From contig DQHW01000029.1 in the NCBI GenBank assembly GCA_003524305.1, forward strand, positions 4,913 to 68,912: DNA of 64,000 bases, read 5' to 3'. This stretch comes from Anaerolineaceae bacterium (GTDB lineage Bacteria > Chloroflexota > Anaerolineae > Anaerolineales > Anaerolineaceae). Below the pieces are notes generated by a model. That model was not told where the DNA came from. It saw only the letters and a list, made by a program, of their open reading frames with translations, and ran no database searches. Made by a program: the position numbers and the translations under genes. Below are positions 25,703 through 34,444 of this stretch, piece by piece (within the stretch, counting starts at the first letter, position 1; each line of letters opens with the position of its first letter).

Positions 25703-26725
25703 ATGAGCAATCCTAGAGTTATCAAAGTAGGTGTAATCGGTGCCGGCCGTATTGGTAAGATTCATGCCGGAAACCTGGCCACACGCATCCCCGGGGTCGA
25801 AGTTGTCGCCATTGCGGACCCAAATGTAGATGCCGCAAAAGAATTGGCCGAGAAACTTCATGTTTCTGCATATTATGAAGATTACCGCAAGGTTCTCGAA
25901 GATAAATCCATTGAAGCAGTGCTGATTTGCTCCTCAACAGATACCCATGCCCGTTTCATGACCGAAGCGGCTGAAGCCGGAAAGCATATTTTCTGCGAAA
26001 AACCGGTTGATCACAGCCTCGAGAAAATTGACGCCGCACTGGCTGCTGTCAAAAAAGCTGGTGTCAAATGCCAGATTGGATTCAACCGCCGCTTTGATCC
26101 CAATTTCAAAAAAGTGCGTCAGATGGTCAATGAAGGCAAGGTTGGTGAGGTGCAGATCCTGCGCATTACGAGCCGCGACCCGGCTCCCCCTCCTGTATCT
26201 TATGTAAAAGTTTCAGGCGGCATGTTCCTTGACATGACCATCCACGATTTTGATATGGCGCGTTATTTATCTGGCAGCGAGGTGGTTGAAGTTTTTGCAG
26301 CCGGCGCCGTCATGGTTGATCCGGGCATCGGAGAAGCCGGTGATATTGACACCGCTGTAATCACCCTCAAGTTCGCCAATGGCGCCATCGGTACCATTGA
26401 TAACAGCCGCAAAGCCATATACGGATATGACCAAAGAGTGGAAGTATTCGGTTCCAAGGGGATGGTGGCTGTCGCGAATAACACTGCCAATTCAAGCATG
26501 TACAGCAGTGAAGACGGCGTATATTCTGAGAAGCCTCTATATTTCTTCCTCGAAAGATACATGGATTCGTTCATTGCAGAATTATCTGACTTTATTGATG
26601 CCGTTCGAGACGATAAACCGACACCTGTCACTGCACTGGATGGCCGCAAACCAGTGGTCATCGCCATGGCTGCAAACAAATCATTAAAAGAAAACCGGCC
26701 GGTCAAGTTATCTGAAATTGAATAA
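25703..26725 (+). CDS. Gfo/Idh/MocA oxidoreductase, second inositol dehydrogenase paralog
   Basis: 340 aa. VGVIGAGRIG and EKP motifs. Colinear with 23754-24767. Confidence 0.7.
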   Translation: MSNPRVIKVGVIGAGRIGKIHAGNLATRIPGVEVVAIADPNVDAAKELAEKLHVSAYYEDYRKVLEDKSIEAVLICSSTDTHARFMTEAAEAGKHIFCEKPVDHSLEKIDAALAAVKKAGVKCQIGFNRRFDPNFKKVRQMVNEGKVGEVQILRITSRDPAPPPVSYVKVSGGMFLDMTIHDFDMARYLSGSEVVEVFAAGAVMVDPGIGEAGDIDTAVITLKFANGAIGTIDNSRKAIYGYDQRVEVFGSKGMVAVANNTANSSMYSSEDGVYSEKPLYFFLERYMDSFIAELSDFIDAVRDDKPTPVTALDGRKPVVIAMAANKSLKENRPVKLSEIE

Positions 26726-26744
26726 GAGCAATAAGGAGTAAGTA

Positions 26745-28133
26745 ATGGTTGATGAAATTCTGGAATTGGTTGCAAAAGCACGCGCTGCCCAAAGTGTAGT
26801 GGAATTTTGGTCTCAAGAACGCGTTGATGAAATGGTGGCAGCGGCAGGTTGGGCGGCATACGAAAGATCGCATGCCGAAGCCTGTGCACGCTCTGCTATT
26901 GATGAAACTGGTATGGGTGTTTATGCCGACAAGATTGCCAAGCACCAAAAAAAGACTTTGGGCACTTTGCGCGATTTGCAAGGTTTAAAAACCACCGGCA
27001 TCATCGAAGAAAACAAAGAAAAAGGGTTGATCAAAATTGCCAAGCCTGTTGGTGTAATTGGCGCACTGACTCCCGTGACGAATGCATCATCAACTATTTC
27101 TTGTAATGGCTTGCCCATGTTGAAAACACGGAACGCCGTCATTTTTGCTCCGCACCCCAAGGCGAAAGTGACCTGCGGATTAATTGCAGGTTATATGCGC
27201 GAGGGTTTGAAACAGGTAGGTGCTCCTGAAGATCTAATCCAATATGTGCCGAACCCCAGTGTTGAAATGACACAGGAATTAATGAAACACGTTGATCTGG
27301 TGGTGGCTACAGGCGGTTCTGCGATGGTGAAGGTGGCATATTCCAGCGGAACACCTGCTTATGGGGTTGGCGCCGGAAATGCCGTCGTTATCGTGGATGA
27401 AACCGCTGACCTCGCGGATGCCGCCAACAAGATCCATCTTGGCAAAATCTTTGATAATGCCACCTCCTGTTCATCAGAGAATTCTGTGGTCATCCAGGCG
27501 GCTGTATTTGACCAAATGCTCAGCAACCTGAAAGCACTTGGCGGGCACCTGTGTTCGGCTGAAGAAAAAGCTCAATTGAAACAAGCCATGTGGCCTGATG
27601 GTACGCATCTGAGCCCCAAGGTGGTTGGCCAGCATGCCCAGAAGATTGCACAAGCGGCTGGTATAGCGGTCTCACCTGAGATCAAATTTCTCATGGTGCT
27701 CGGCGAAGCCGTGGGCAGTGCTGATATGTTCTCAGGCGAAAAGTTGTCTCCGGTGATGACGTTGTGGAAGTATGACGATTTTGATGCGGCAGTGGCATTG
27801 GTCACCGATATCACCCGCTACAGTGGTTATGGGCATTCCTGCGGCATTCATTCCACCAACCAGGAACATATCATGCAGTTGGCAACTCAAGCCAAGGTTA
27901 GCCGCATGATGGTGCGTCAAACCCAGGCATACGCCAACAGCGGTAATTACGACAACGGCTTGCCTTTTGCGCTCACCTTGGGCTGCGGCACCTGGGGAGG
28001 CAATATCACAAGTGAAAACGTGCATTGGAAGCATTTCATCAATACCACCTGGGTTTCCATGCCCATCCAACCCGTTTTGCCGGATGAGAATTTGATCTTC
28101 GGCGCTCATTGGAACAAGTACGGCAAGGTTTAG
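26745..28133 (+). CDS. Aldehyde dehydrogenase of the CoA-acylating (EutE/PduP/AdhE-N-terminal-like) class
   Basis: 462 aa. The N-terminus ILELVAKARAAQ...WSQERVDEMV and the catalytic-Cys region NATSCSSENS are typical of acylating ALDHs. It is not the MmsA/IolA type. Confidence 0.65.
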   Translation: MVDEILELVAKARAAQSVVEFWSQERVDEMVAAAGWAAYERSHAEACARSAIDETGMGVYADKIAKHQKKTLGTLRDLQGLKTTGIIEENKEKGLIKIAKPVGVIGALTPVTNASSTISCNGLPMLKTRNAVIFAPHPKAKVTCGLIAGYMREGLKQVGAPEDLIQYVPNPSVEMTQELMKHVDLVVATGGSAMVKVAYSSGTPAYGVGAGNAVVIVDETADLADAANKIHLGKIFDNATSCSSENSVVIQAAVFDQMLSNLKALGGHLCSAEEKAQLKQAMWPDGTHLSPKVVGQHAQKIAQAAGIAVSPEIKFLMVLGEAVGSADMFSGEKLSPVMTLWKYDDFDAAVALVTDITRYSGYGHSCGIHSTNQEHIMQLATQAKVSRMMVRQTQAYANSGNYDNGLPFALTLGCGTWGGNITSENVHWKHFINTTWVSMPIQPVLPDENLIFGAHWNKYGKV

Positions 28134-28171
28134 GTTATAGGTTTCCTTCAAAGACCTTTTTTCTTCCTCCA

Positions 28172-28202
28172 CTCAATAACCTGCCAACAGCAGGTTATTG
28201 AG
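28172..28202 (+). terminator. Stem-loop after the aldehyde dehydrogenase gene (13-bp perfect stem)
   Basis: CTCAATAACCTGC caaca GCAGGTTATTGAG, 39 nt after the stop codon. Confidence 0.45.
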
Positions 28203-28241
28203 TATTAAGGGATAATTCAGTCTCGCTGTCGAGGAGATAAT

Positions 28242-28961
28242 ATGACGTTGCAATATTTGTGGTTATCCATTGCGGCATTTTTTGCGGCTGCCCTCTCTGG
28301 CGCTGCCGGTTTTGGCGGAGCACTTTTGCTGCTGCCTGTGCTCGCCGGCACGGTTGGCACAATGCAGGCGGTGCCGCTGCTAACGCTTGTGCAGTTAATT
28401 GGCAACCTTTCACGGGTTGGTTTTGGTTTCAAACAGATCAAGTGGAAGCCAGTCGGTTTGTTTCTCGTTGGCGCTGTACCCTTATGCGTGGCAGGCGCAC
28501 TGTTGTTTGCTGAACTACCCAAATCAATCGTCAACCGCTGTATTGGTGCAGCTATCTTGTTTTTTACAGTTTTGAAGTTAAGTGGCATCATCAAACTAAA
28601 GCCAAGTAATACACTAATGGTGGTTGGGGGAGGTGTGGTGGGGCTTCTTTCTGGTTTGGTTGGCAGCGCGGGTCCGCTTGGGGCGTTCATTTTCTTGAAC
28701 CTCGGATTGACACCGGTGGCATACATCGCCAGTGAAGCGACAACTGCACTGGTCATGCATGGCGTAAAGACGGTTGTTTATCAAAGCATACTGACTATTG
28801 ATCCCAAGACCTGGATTTTAGCCGGAATGATGGGGATTGCAATGATCTTCGGAACCTGGGTTTCAAAACGGATTTTAGAGAAACTGGATGCCAGAAAATT
28901 TCAAATTTTTGTTTCAATATTGTTGATTGCCATGGCTGGATATATGGTTATCCATGGATAA
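28242..28961 (+). CDS. TSUP (TauE/SafE) family membrane transporter
   Basis: 239 aa with about 7-8 TM segments. It has Gly-rich repeats (GAAGFGGALLLLP and GLVGSAGPLG), one in each half, as in the TauE/SafE family. Confidence 0.7.
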   Translation: MTLQYLWLSIAAFFAAALSGAAGFGGALLLLPVLAGTVGTMQAVPLLTLVQLIGNLSRVGFGFKQIKWKPVGLFLVGAVPLCVAGALLFAELPKSIVNRCIGAAILFFTVLKLSGIIKLKPSNTLMVVGGGVVGLLSGLVGSAGPLGAFIFLNLGLTPVAYIASEATTALVMHGVKTVVYQSILTIDPKTWILAGMMGIAMIFGTWVSKRILEKLDARKFQIFVSILLIAMAGYMVIHG

Positions 28962-28985
28962 GGAAATTGTCTTTGATCTTTAAAA

Positions 28986-29020
28986 CACAAGAACGTGGAG
29001 AGTTTATCCACGTTCTTGTG
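28986..29020. terminator. Bidirectional stem-loop between convergent genes (14-bp stem)
   Basis: CACAAGAACGTGGA gagttta TCCACGTTCTTGTG lies between the TSUP gene (+) and the SBP gene (-). Confidence 0.5.
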
Positions 29021-29042
29021 CCTTTCAGGAGAAAACAAGAAA

Positions 29043-30272
29043 CTATTGAGTCAGCAGATTCACGGCATAAAAGTCGTGATAATCAGTGATGTTTTGGAAA
29101 ACGAACAAATTATCGAAGTTGTAAACAGACAATTCTTTGAAGGGAACAGCATCTTCAACTGGAGCAATGTCGCTGCGGCCTGAATATTGTCCGACCTGGT
29201 TCCAGGGTTCAAAACCCTCGGCGCTCAAAGCAAATTTCAGGAATAATTTGGCTGCATTTGGATGCGGAGCCTGGTTGATGATGGCCAAATAGTTATGTTT
29301 TTGTACACCAACAACAGGTGTCAAGCCTTCGCACGGCGCGAAAACTGCGTCGCCAGCGAGAACTTTGCGATATTTTGACAACGGAAGCCAACCCAGATTA
29401 TTGTCTGTTAAACCTGGGATAGCCATTGCACCCCATACATCGTCACCACCGGCAACACCAACAGGTTGATTCTGGGCAAATTTCTTAAGCCACATCCAAC
29501 CGGCATCAGGAGTATCGGCGTCAAGAACTATATCGGTGCCATAGAGTTCTTTGTACGCAGCGGCAAATTCATCGGTATGAGAAATTGCGCTCATCAGCAT
29601 GCCAAGATCTTCTGCGCTGTTGATGGGATCCTTGATGAAGATTTTACCCTTCCATTCGGGGTCAGTTAATTGCCACCAGTTGGTGATGGGGCAGGTTTCA
29701 TTCAGTTCGGTGTTGTACACCCAACCAAAGGTCTCGGTGCTGGCAGTTACAACGGGATTTTGGTTTTCTTCAGGGATTGCAGAAAGCAATTCGGCGGGGA
29801 TGTACTTCCAAAGATATTGATTTGGAACAAATTCACCTTCCAGGTCTGGCCCGCCAGCGCTGTACCAAACATCTCCGGTAAATGCGCCTGCTTTTTGTTC
29901 TTCGCGAACTTTGGTGATCACTTCTGCACCGCCCATATCGTTCGCTTCAAGAACAATATCGGGATATAATGTTGCCCATACCGCGGCAGCATCTTGGATG
30001 CGTGAAGAATTGGAGTAGATGACCAACGAGCCTTCTTCTTTTGCTGCAGCTTCAATAGCAGCCCAGTCTTCAGTATCAGAAAGATACGAGCCAAGACCAT
30101 TATCTTTAGCCCATTGTTCAGCAGCGCTGAGAGGTGCTTCGGTGGCAGCCGGAGCTTCGGTCGCTGCAGGCGCTTCAGTGACATCGGCGATTGGTGCCGC
30201 GGTAGGTTTTGCGCAAGAGACTAGAAAACTGATCACGAGTACGAGTGAGACTATCCAAAAAAGCTTTTTCAT
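29043..30272 (-). CDS. ABC substrate-binding lipoprotein, paralog of 6191-7417
   Basis: 409 aa. Lipobox FLVSC, a TEAPAATEAPAATEAP linker, and colinear similarity to the first SBP throughout (SAAEQWAKDN..., FTGDVWYSAGG, NETCPITN, DADTPDAGW). Confidence 0.7.
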   Translation of the reverse strand: MKKLFWIVSLVLVISFLVSCAKPTAAPIADVTEAPAATEAPAATEAPLSAAEQWAKDNGLGSYLSDTEDWAAIEAAAKEEGSLVIYSNSSRIQDAAAVWATLYPDIVLEANDMGGAEVITKVREEQKAGAFTGDVWYSAGGPDLEGEFVPNQYLWKYIPAELLSAIPEENQNPVVTASTETFGWVYNTELNETCPITNWWQLTDPEWKGKIFIKDPINSAEDLGMLMSAISHTDEFAAAYKELYGTDIVLDADTPDAGWMWLKKFAQNQPVGVAGGDDVWGAMAIPGLTDNNLGWLPLSKYRKVLAGDAVFAPCEGLTPVVGVQKHNYLAIINQAPHPNAAKLFLKFALSAEGFEPWNQVGQYSGRSDIAPVEDAVPFKELSVYNFDNLFVFQNITDYHDFYAVNLLTQ

Positions 30273-30397
30273 TTATTTCTCCTTAGTTTATGTAGGAAAT
30301 GATATGAAAAGTGAGAGGATCTTAGTAAAGTTTCTTCAGATATTACCTCCTTCTTGTCAACGGCAAGTAAATGAATTCAAGCATCCAACATTTTTCA

Positions 30398-30470
30398 CTA
30401 AACCGCAGTAATTAAATAGACCCTGGCTTTTTCATAAAGATTGGTTGCATCTTCATCGATAGTCGACCAT
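30398..30470 (-). pseudogene. Deletion relic of an ABC ATPase gene (retained RBS and ATG fused out of frame to the last ~20 codons)
   Basis: On the minus strand, AAGGAG-N9-ATG at 30470 reads MVDYR-stop. The +1 frame reads STIDEDATNLYEKARVYLITAV-stop. This matches the C-terminus of the intact ATPase (KDDINLYDKASGKLVNG-stop). At DNA level, AATCTTTATGAAAAAGCCAGGG versus AACCTCTATGATAAAGCCAGTG is about 18 of 22 nt identical by eye. Confidence 0.65.
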
Positions 30471-30485
30471 GTTTTTGTGCTCCTT

Positions 30486-32321
30486 TTATAATCCCAAGCC
30501 CTTTTCAAGACTGCCTTTACGGAATCGACTGATTAACCAGTTGCCTCCGAGGATTAATGCGATCAGCAAGATAATGACTGCGTCAGCTTTTTGTTCACTG
30601 CCATTTTCGGTGTAGCGCATGGTCATACTCGCCAAGACCTGGGTGGCTGGCGTGACCAACAGGATGATTAAGGAAAGTTCACGCATGGTGGTGATGAAAG
30701 ACAATAAGAATCCTGAAACAAATCCGCTTCTGGTAAGTGGAAAGATGATGCGCGTAAAACGGGTCCAGGCGTTTGCACCCGCCACTTTTGCAGCCTCTTC
30801 AAGTTCCCTCCCCACCTGCATCATGGCAGTTACGCCTGTCCGGCTCGAAAAGGGAAGGTTCTTGGCAACTGACACCACCACCAACAGTGCAAATGTTCCA
30901 TACAGCGGCGGAATTGGTCCAACCGGCTTTGCGAACATGGAGATAAATATGGCGCCAAAAGCAATGCCCGGTATGACATAGGGGATGAATGCTAATTGTT
31001 CTACAATTTTTGATAATTTCGTTCCACGGCCTTTGACTATGGCGTACCCTAAGATCACACCTAAAATTGCAGAAAAGAAGGCAGTCGAAAATGCCAATTT
31101 AACTGAATTTATGGCGCCTTTTATAATTGCGGGATTTCTAAAAATACCAGGTAATCCATCATCGATTGTCGAATCACTTTTTCCGATCCAGTGAACCAAT
31201 GAAAAATTGGCAAGACTGTAATCCCCCGAAGTTTTCATGAAGGTATTCCATAGTAATAGTGCAGCAGGAACAACAGCGATAATGATTTCAATGCCAATAA
31301 TGAGGACGGTAAAAAAGGGGCGCCACTTGCGCAGGTTGATCTGCTTGATGACCAGACCCCTGCCGCCGATAGTCTCAAAACTTTTCTTGGTGCCCATTGC
31401 TTTTTGATTGATATACACGGTAATAATGGCTATCGCAATCAACATGAGGGCTAATACAAACCCATCTGCTGTGTCGCCCAACTTCATATCGGCACGGATC
31501 ATGGTTGAAAGTGTGTAGTAGCGTACGGGAACACCGAGGATATTGGGGCCGCCGAAGGTGCCCATCACTCTTGAAAAAGTCATGATAAATCCAGATAAGA
31601 GTGCCGGCAGCACCAATGGAAAGGTAATCTTTCTTAAAATGCGCCAACGGTTCGCGCCCATCATTTCACCGGCTTCTTCAAGGTTTGAATCGATGGACAT
31701 TAATGCAGCAGAAACGAACAGGAAGAAAAAGGTGTAATAATGCAATCCGCTGCTGAACATGATGGGCACAGGACCATAAGCGAACCAATCTGGAGGGCTT
31801 ATGCCTAACAGGTATTCCACGATCCCGGGCGCGCCGCCAATGGTTCGATTCTTGAACATAACCGTCCAGGCCATGGATATGGTCCATGAAGGCATCATAT
31901 AGGGCACAATGGCAAGAATATTAATAATTTTTCTTCCCGGCATGTTCGTGCGCACAACAAACCAAGCCATCAGGCAGCCCAATGCCATGGCAATTGCTGT
32001 GGCTCCAGCAGAAACCACCAGCGAGTGTTGCAAGGGAACATAGAGCATAATCATGCTGATTTTTGATGACAGCATTCTGATCCAATGATAAAAAGTAAAT
32101 GCGCCAGTGGTGGCATCGGGAAACTTGATCAAGTCTTTTTCTTGAAAGGTAAGGGTGGTGGCCATCATGCGATAAAGCGGAATGATGATCAGGTAGATCA
32201 GCAATGCCAACATAATTAATGAGAGCAAGACATGTGGGCTGCCTATCCAACGTCCAAATCGTCTTGCGCGAGCAACTAACAATTGTTTACTATTCTTTTC
32301 AAGATCAATGTGGGCGGCCAT
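30486..32321 (-). CDS. ABC transporter permease, fused two-module, paralog of 8647-10482
   Basis: Colinear and roughly two-thirds identical by eye to the first permease, with two EAA loops. I prefer ATG at 32321 (MAAHIDLEK..., RBS AGGAG) because the track start at 32405 overlaps the rpiR-like gene. Confidence 0.8.
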   Translation of the reverse strand: MAAHIDLEKNSKQLLVARARRFGRWIGSPHVLLSLIMLALLIYLIIIPLYRMMATTLTFQEKDLIKFPDATTGAFTFYHWIRMLSSKISMIMLYVPLQHSLVVSAGATAIAMALGCLMAWFVVRTNMPGRKIINILAIVPYMMPSWTISMAWTVMFKNRTIGGAPGIVEYLLGISPPDWFAYGPVPIMFSSGLHYYTFFFLFVSAALMSIDSNLEEAGEMMGANRWRILRKITFPLVLPALLSGFIMTFSRVMGTFGGPNILGVPVRYYTLSTMIRADMKLGDTADGFVLALMLIAIAIITVYINQKAMGTKKSFETIGGRGLVIKQINLRKWRPFFTVLIIGIEIIIAVVPAALLLWNTFMKTSGDYSLANFSLVHWIGKSDSTIDDGLPGIFRNPAIIKGAINSVKLAFSTAFFSAILGVILGYAIVKGRGTKLSKIVEQLAFIPYVIPGIAFGAIFISMFAKPVGPIPPLYGTFALLVVVSVAKNLPFSSRTGVTAMMQVGRELEEAAKVAGANAWTRFTRIIFPLTRSGFVSGFLLSFITTMRELSLIILLVTPATQVLASMTMRYTENGSEQKADAVIILLIALILGGNWLISRFRKGSLEKGLGL

Positions 32322-32331
32322 GATTGGTCTC

Positions 32332-33228
32332 CTAGTTCTTTTTTCTTGAGTTTGTGTTGTTACTTGTACGTTTAACACTTTCACGAAGCTGATCGAGCTG
32401 GTCAAGGTTGTTCATGATCCTGTCTTGATCGGCTGCAGTTAACGCCAGAAGAAGCGTGTTAATAATGGTCATCGGTATGGTCAGGGAATGGAAGGCAGAT
32501 ACGGGGCCACGGCGTGAAGCCAGTGTGACTGTTGCTTTGCTGCCAATCAGGTCGCCTAATGTATCAGTGATTAAAATTACCGGCACCTTAAATTCATTTG
32601 CGCGATCCAAAACGAGTTCCAACAGAGGATTAACACTGTGAAATGCAATTGCGATCACCAGATCGTCGCCTGTCATTAGAAGTAATGGCTCGATCAATTC
32701 CCGTCCGGAGGTGCGTAACGGAATTACGTGTTTGAGAGAGCGTGTAAGGCGTATATCCAATTGATCAACCAGTGATACGGATGGGCCGAGACCAAACACA
32801 TAGATCCGTTCATGTGTTCGCAAAAGTTCTGTAGCCTGTTTAATCGCGTCGCGGTCAAGCGTCTGCAACGATTCTGTTAAGAAATCAATTTCAGATGTGA
32901 CTAATTGCTCGTAAAGATCCCCCGCGTTTCGCAGGTCATCCAGGCTGCTTCGAATGCGTGCGGAATGGTTTGCCAGGTTTCTCACCTTGGTCTGCAGCAT
33001 GATTCGCATGGCCGGGTAACTGTCAAACCCAAGCCTCTTTGCAAAACGCAGCATGGTAGGCTCGCTCAGGTTTAATTTGTTTGCCACCTCTGCGGCTGAC
33101 ATGAAAGCGACTTCATCATGATTCTGACTGATAAATTCCGCGATCCGTTTTTCGCTGTGAGTAAAAAAATCGTAATGTTTGGCAACTAACTTGTTGAATT
33201 CCAGGTCATTTTCTTTTTCTGAAATCAT
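32332..33228 (-). CDS. RpiR/MurR-family regulator (HTH_6 + SIS), paralog of 10608-11492
   Basis: SEKRIAEFI...LNLSEPTMLRFAKRLGF is the HTH. YVFGLGPS...ILITD is the SIS domain. ATG at 33228 is preceded by GAGGTG. Confidence 0.8.
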   Translation of the reverse strand: MISEKENDLEFNKLVAKHYDFFTHSEKRIAEFISQNHDEVAFMSAAEVANKLNLSEPTMLRFAKRLGFDSYPAMRIMLQTKVRNLANHSARIRSSLDDLRNAGDLYEQLVTSEIDFLTESLQTLDRDAIKQATELLRTHERIYVFGLGPSVSLVDQLDIRLTRSLKHVIPLRTSGRELIEPLLLMTGDDLVIAIAFHSVNPLLELVLDRANEFKVPVILITDTLGDLIGSKATVTLASRRGPVSAFHSLTIPMTIINTLLLALTAADQDRIMNNLDQLDQLRESVKRTSNNTNSRKKN

Positions 33229-33306
33229 GCACACCTCTGTTCACCAGGCAAACTAAATTCGGATTTTTTGTTGGCATTTCAGTTCAACTAAAAGTGAAAA
33301 AATAAC

Positions 33307-33972
33307 TTAATTGTTTTGAAATATTGGTAGTGCCGGCAAATCCAGGAGGGAATCACAAAAATAATCAGCTTTTGCGCCTGCGTCATGGTTTATTGCAATG
33401 GTTGTCATTCCGGCTTTGCGTGCGCCTTCGAGCTCTATGCCAAGGTGGCCAACAAAGGCAGTTTCGGCCGGGGTTAACCGGGCTTGCTGAATGGCATAAC
33501 TGTATACCAATGGATCTGGTTTGTGGGCACCTAGATCCGTGGAACAGGCGACAATGTCAATGAATTCTGCCACGCCGGCTTTTTCGAGACGGCGCATTTT
33601 CCACTCAAGCGGGTACATTGTGTCTGTGATAATACCCATGGGGAACCCCTTTTTTTTCAGTTGGGTTAAGGCTTCTTTAGCGCCGGGCATCGGTTGAATG
33701 GCATTTGAATAATTCACAATCTCTGTTGTGAGCTCTCTGCGCTGGTCAGGATCATTAACGCTGCGCATCGAAAGCCATTGGTCCCAATAAACTTCGTGAC
33801 TGATACTACCTTCGTTTGCCTGGGATCGTAAAGCCAATTGTTTTTCCATTAACTCACCCGATATATCAGATGAAAAACCTTTTTCGTTCACTAATTTAAT
33901 TGCGAAATCTTCCGTGGTACCTGATCTTGTGTAGAGGATTCCAGCCGCATCAAAGAAAATTGCTTTTATCAT
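33307..33972 (-). CDS. HAD-family protein with atypical motifs I and IV (paralog of the C-terminal domain of 4616-6061)
   Basis: 221 aa. Motifs: FFDAAGILY, GIITDT, AHKPDP, VGHLGIELEGARKAG. Confidence 0.7.
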   Translation of the reverse strand: MIKAIFFDAAGILYTRSGTTEDFAIKLVNEKGFSSDISGELMEKQLALRSQANEGSISHEVYWDQWLSMRSVNDPDQRRELTTEIVNYSNAIQPMPGAKEALTQLKKKGFPMGIITDTMYPLEWKMRRLEKAGVAEFIDIVACSTDLGAHKPDPLVYSYAIQQARLTPAETAFVGHLGIELEGARKAGMTTIAINHDAGAKADYFCDSLLDLPALPIFQNN

Positions 33973-34104
33973 TGTGAAGTTTTCCTGTCGCTAAAGAATA
34001 AATAGTCCCACCAATTTTCCATTTCTTCGAAAAAGAATCGGCAGGAAAAAGTGAAATGATTATTGTAATTACATTTTTTAGTATTTTGTAATTAGACTTA
34101 CATA

Positions 34105-34133
34105 ATATTACAACACTGTAAGTTAAAATGCAA
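34105..34133 (-). promoter_or_regulatory. Sigma70-like promoter TTGCAT-17-TAATAT for the second HAD/RpiR/ABC module
   Basis: On the minus strand, TTGCAT lies at 34133-34128 and TAATAT at 34110-34105. The flanking context CTTACA..ATATTACAACA..ATGCAAG is shared with the promoter at 15963-15991. Confidence 0.5.
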
Positions 34134-34378
34134 GCACCAATTTTGAGCAATTTTAGAGAAATAATCTTACATCAAAGCGAACACGTTTCTAATTGATATA
34201 AAGTCGATCATTGAATAAAAAAATGAGATGGTCTGTTAGTAAACCCTGATGTTATTTAGTTAAATGGTCAGAAGAGTTAAGACAAACCAAATGTCAGCTT
34301 GTCTGGCGTTGGATGAAGAGAGTGGGGGAGCGAATAATTGTTGAGAGGATTTTTCTGATTTCTCCATCAGATAGGGTA

Positions 34379-34406
34379 TTGACTTTTCTAGGAAAGGTTC
34401 TATAAT
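34379..34406 (+). promoter_or_regulatory. Promoter TTGACT-16-TATAAT upstream of the ROK regulator gene
   Basis: GTATTGACTTT, an extended match shared with the two LacI-type promoters, followed by a consensus TATAAT 39 nt upstream of the ATG. Confidence 0.55.
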
Positions 34407-34444
34407 GTAAACATAATTCATTCACTAAACGAAGTAATTATATT

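Noticed and set aside
26263-26889. Long antisense ORFs lie opposite real genes. This 208-aa one is an example; others are 28217-28756, 3310-3804, 23465-23905 and 61161-61718.
   Set aside because: They are shadow ORFs on the strand opposite well-supported, motif-bearing genes. They contain no conserved motifs. Their amino acid composition is unusual, rich in Ser, Pro, Arg or Cys.
30125-30190. A short tandem repeat encodes TEAPAATEAPAATEAP. Similar Ala/Thr/Glu/Pro tracts occur at about 7290-7350 and 35800-35890.
   Set aside because: These are low-complexity linkers after the lipobox Cys of solute-binding lipoproteins. They are not independent repeat elements or CRISPR-like arrays.
32322-32405. 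An N-terminal extension of the second permease ORF overlaps the rpiR-like gene by 74 nt.
   Set aside because: The internal ATG at 32321 has an AGGAG RBS and aligns with the start of the paralogous permease. The extension has no counterpart in module A.
34264-34341. A 25-codon ORF (MVRRVKTNQMSACLALDEESGGANNC) lies in the 472-bp divergent intergenic region.
   Set aside because: It has no RBS and no recognisable peptide family. It is probably a chance ORF within promoter DNA.
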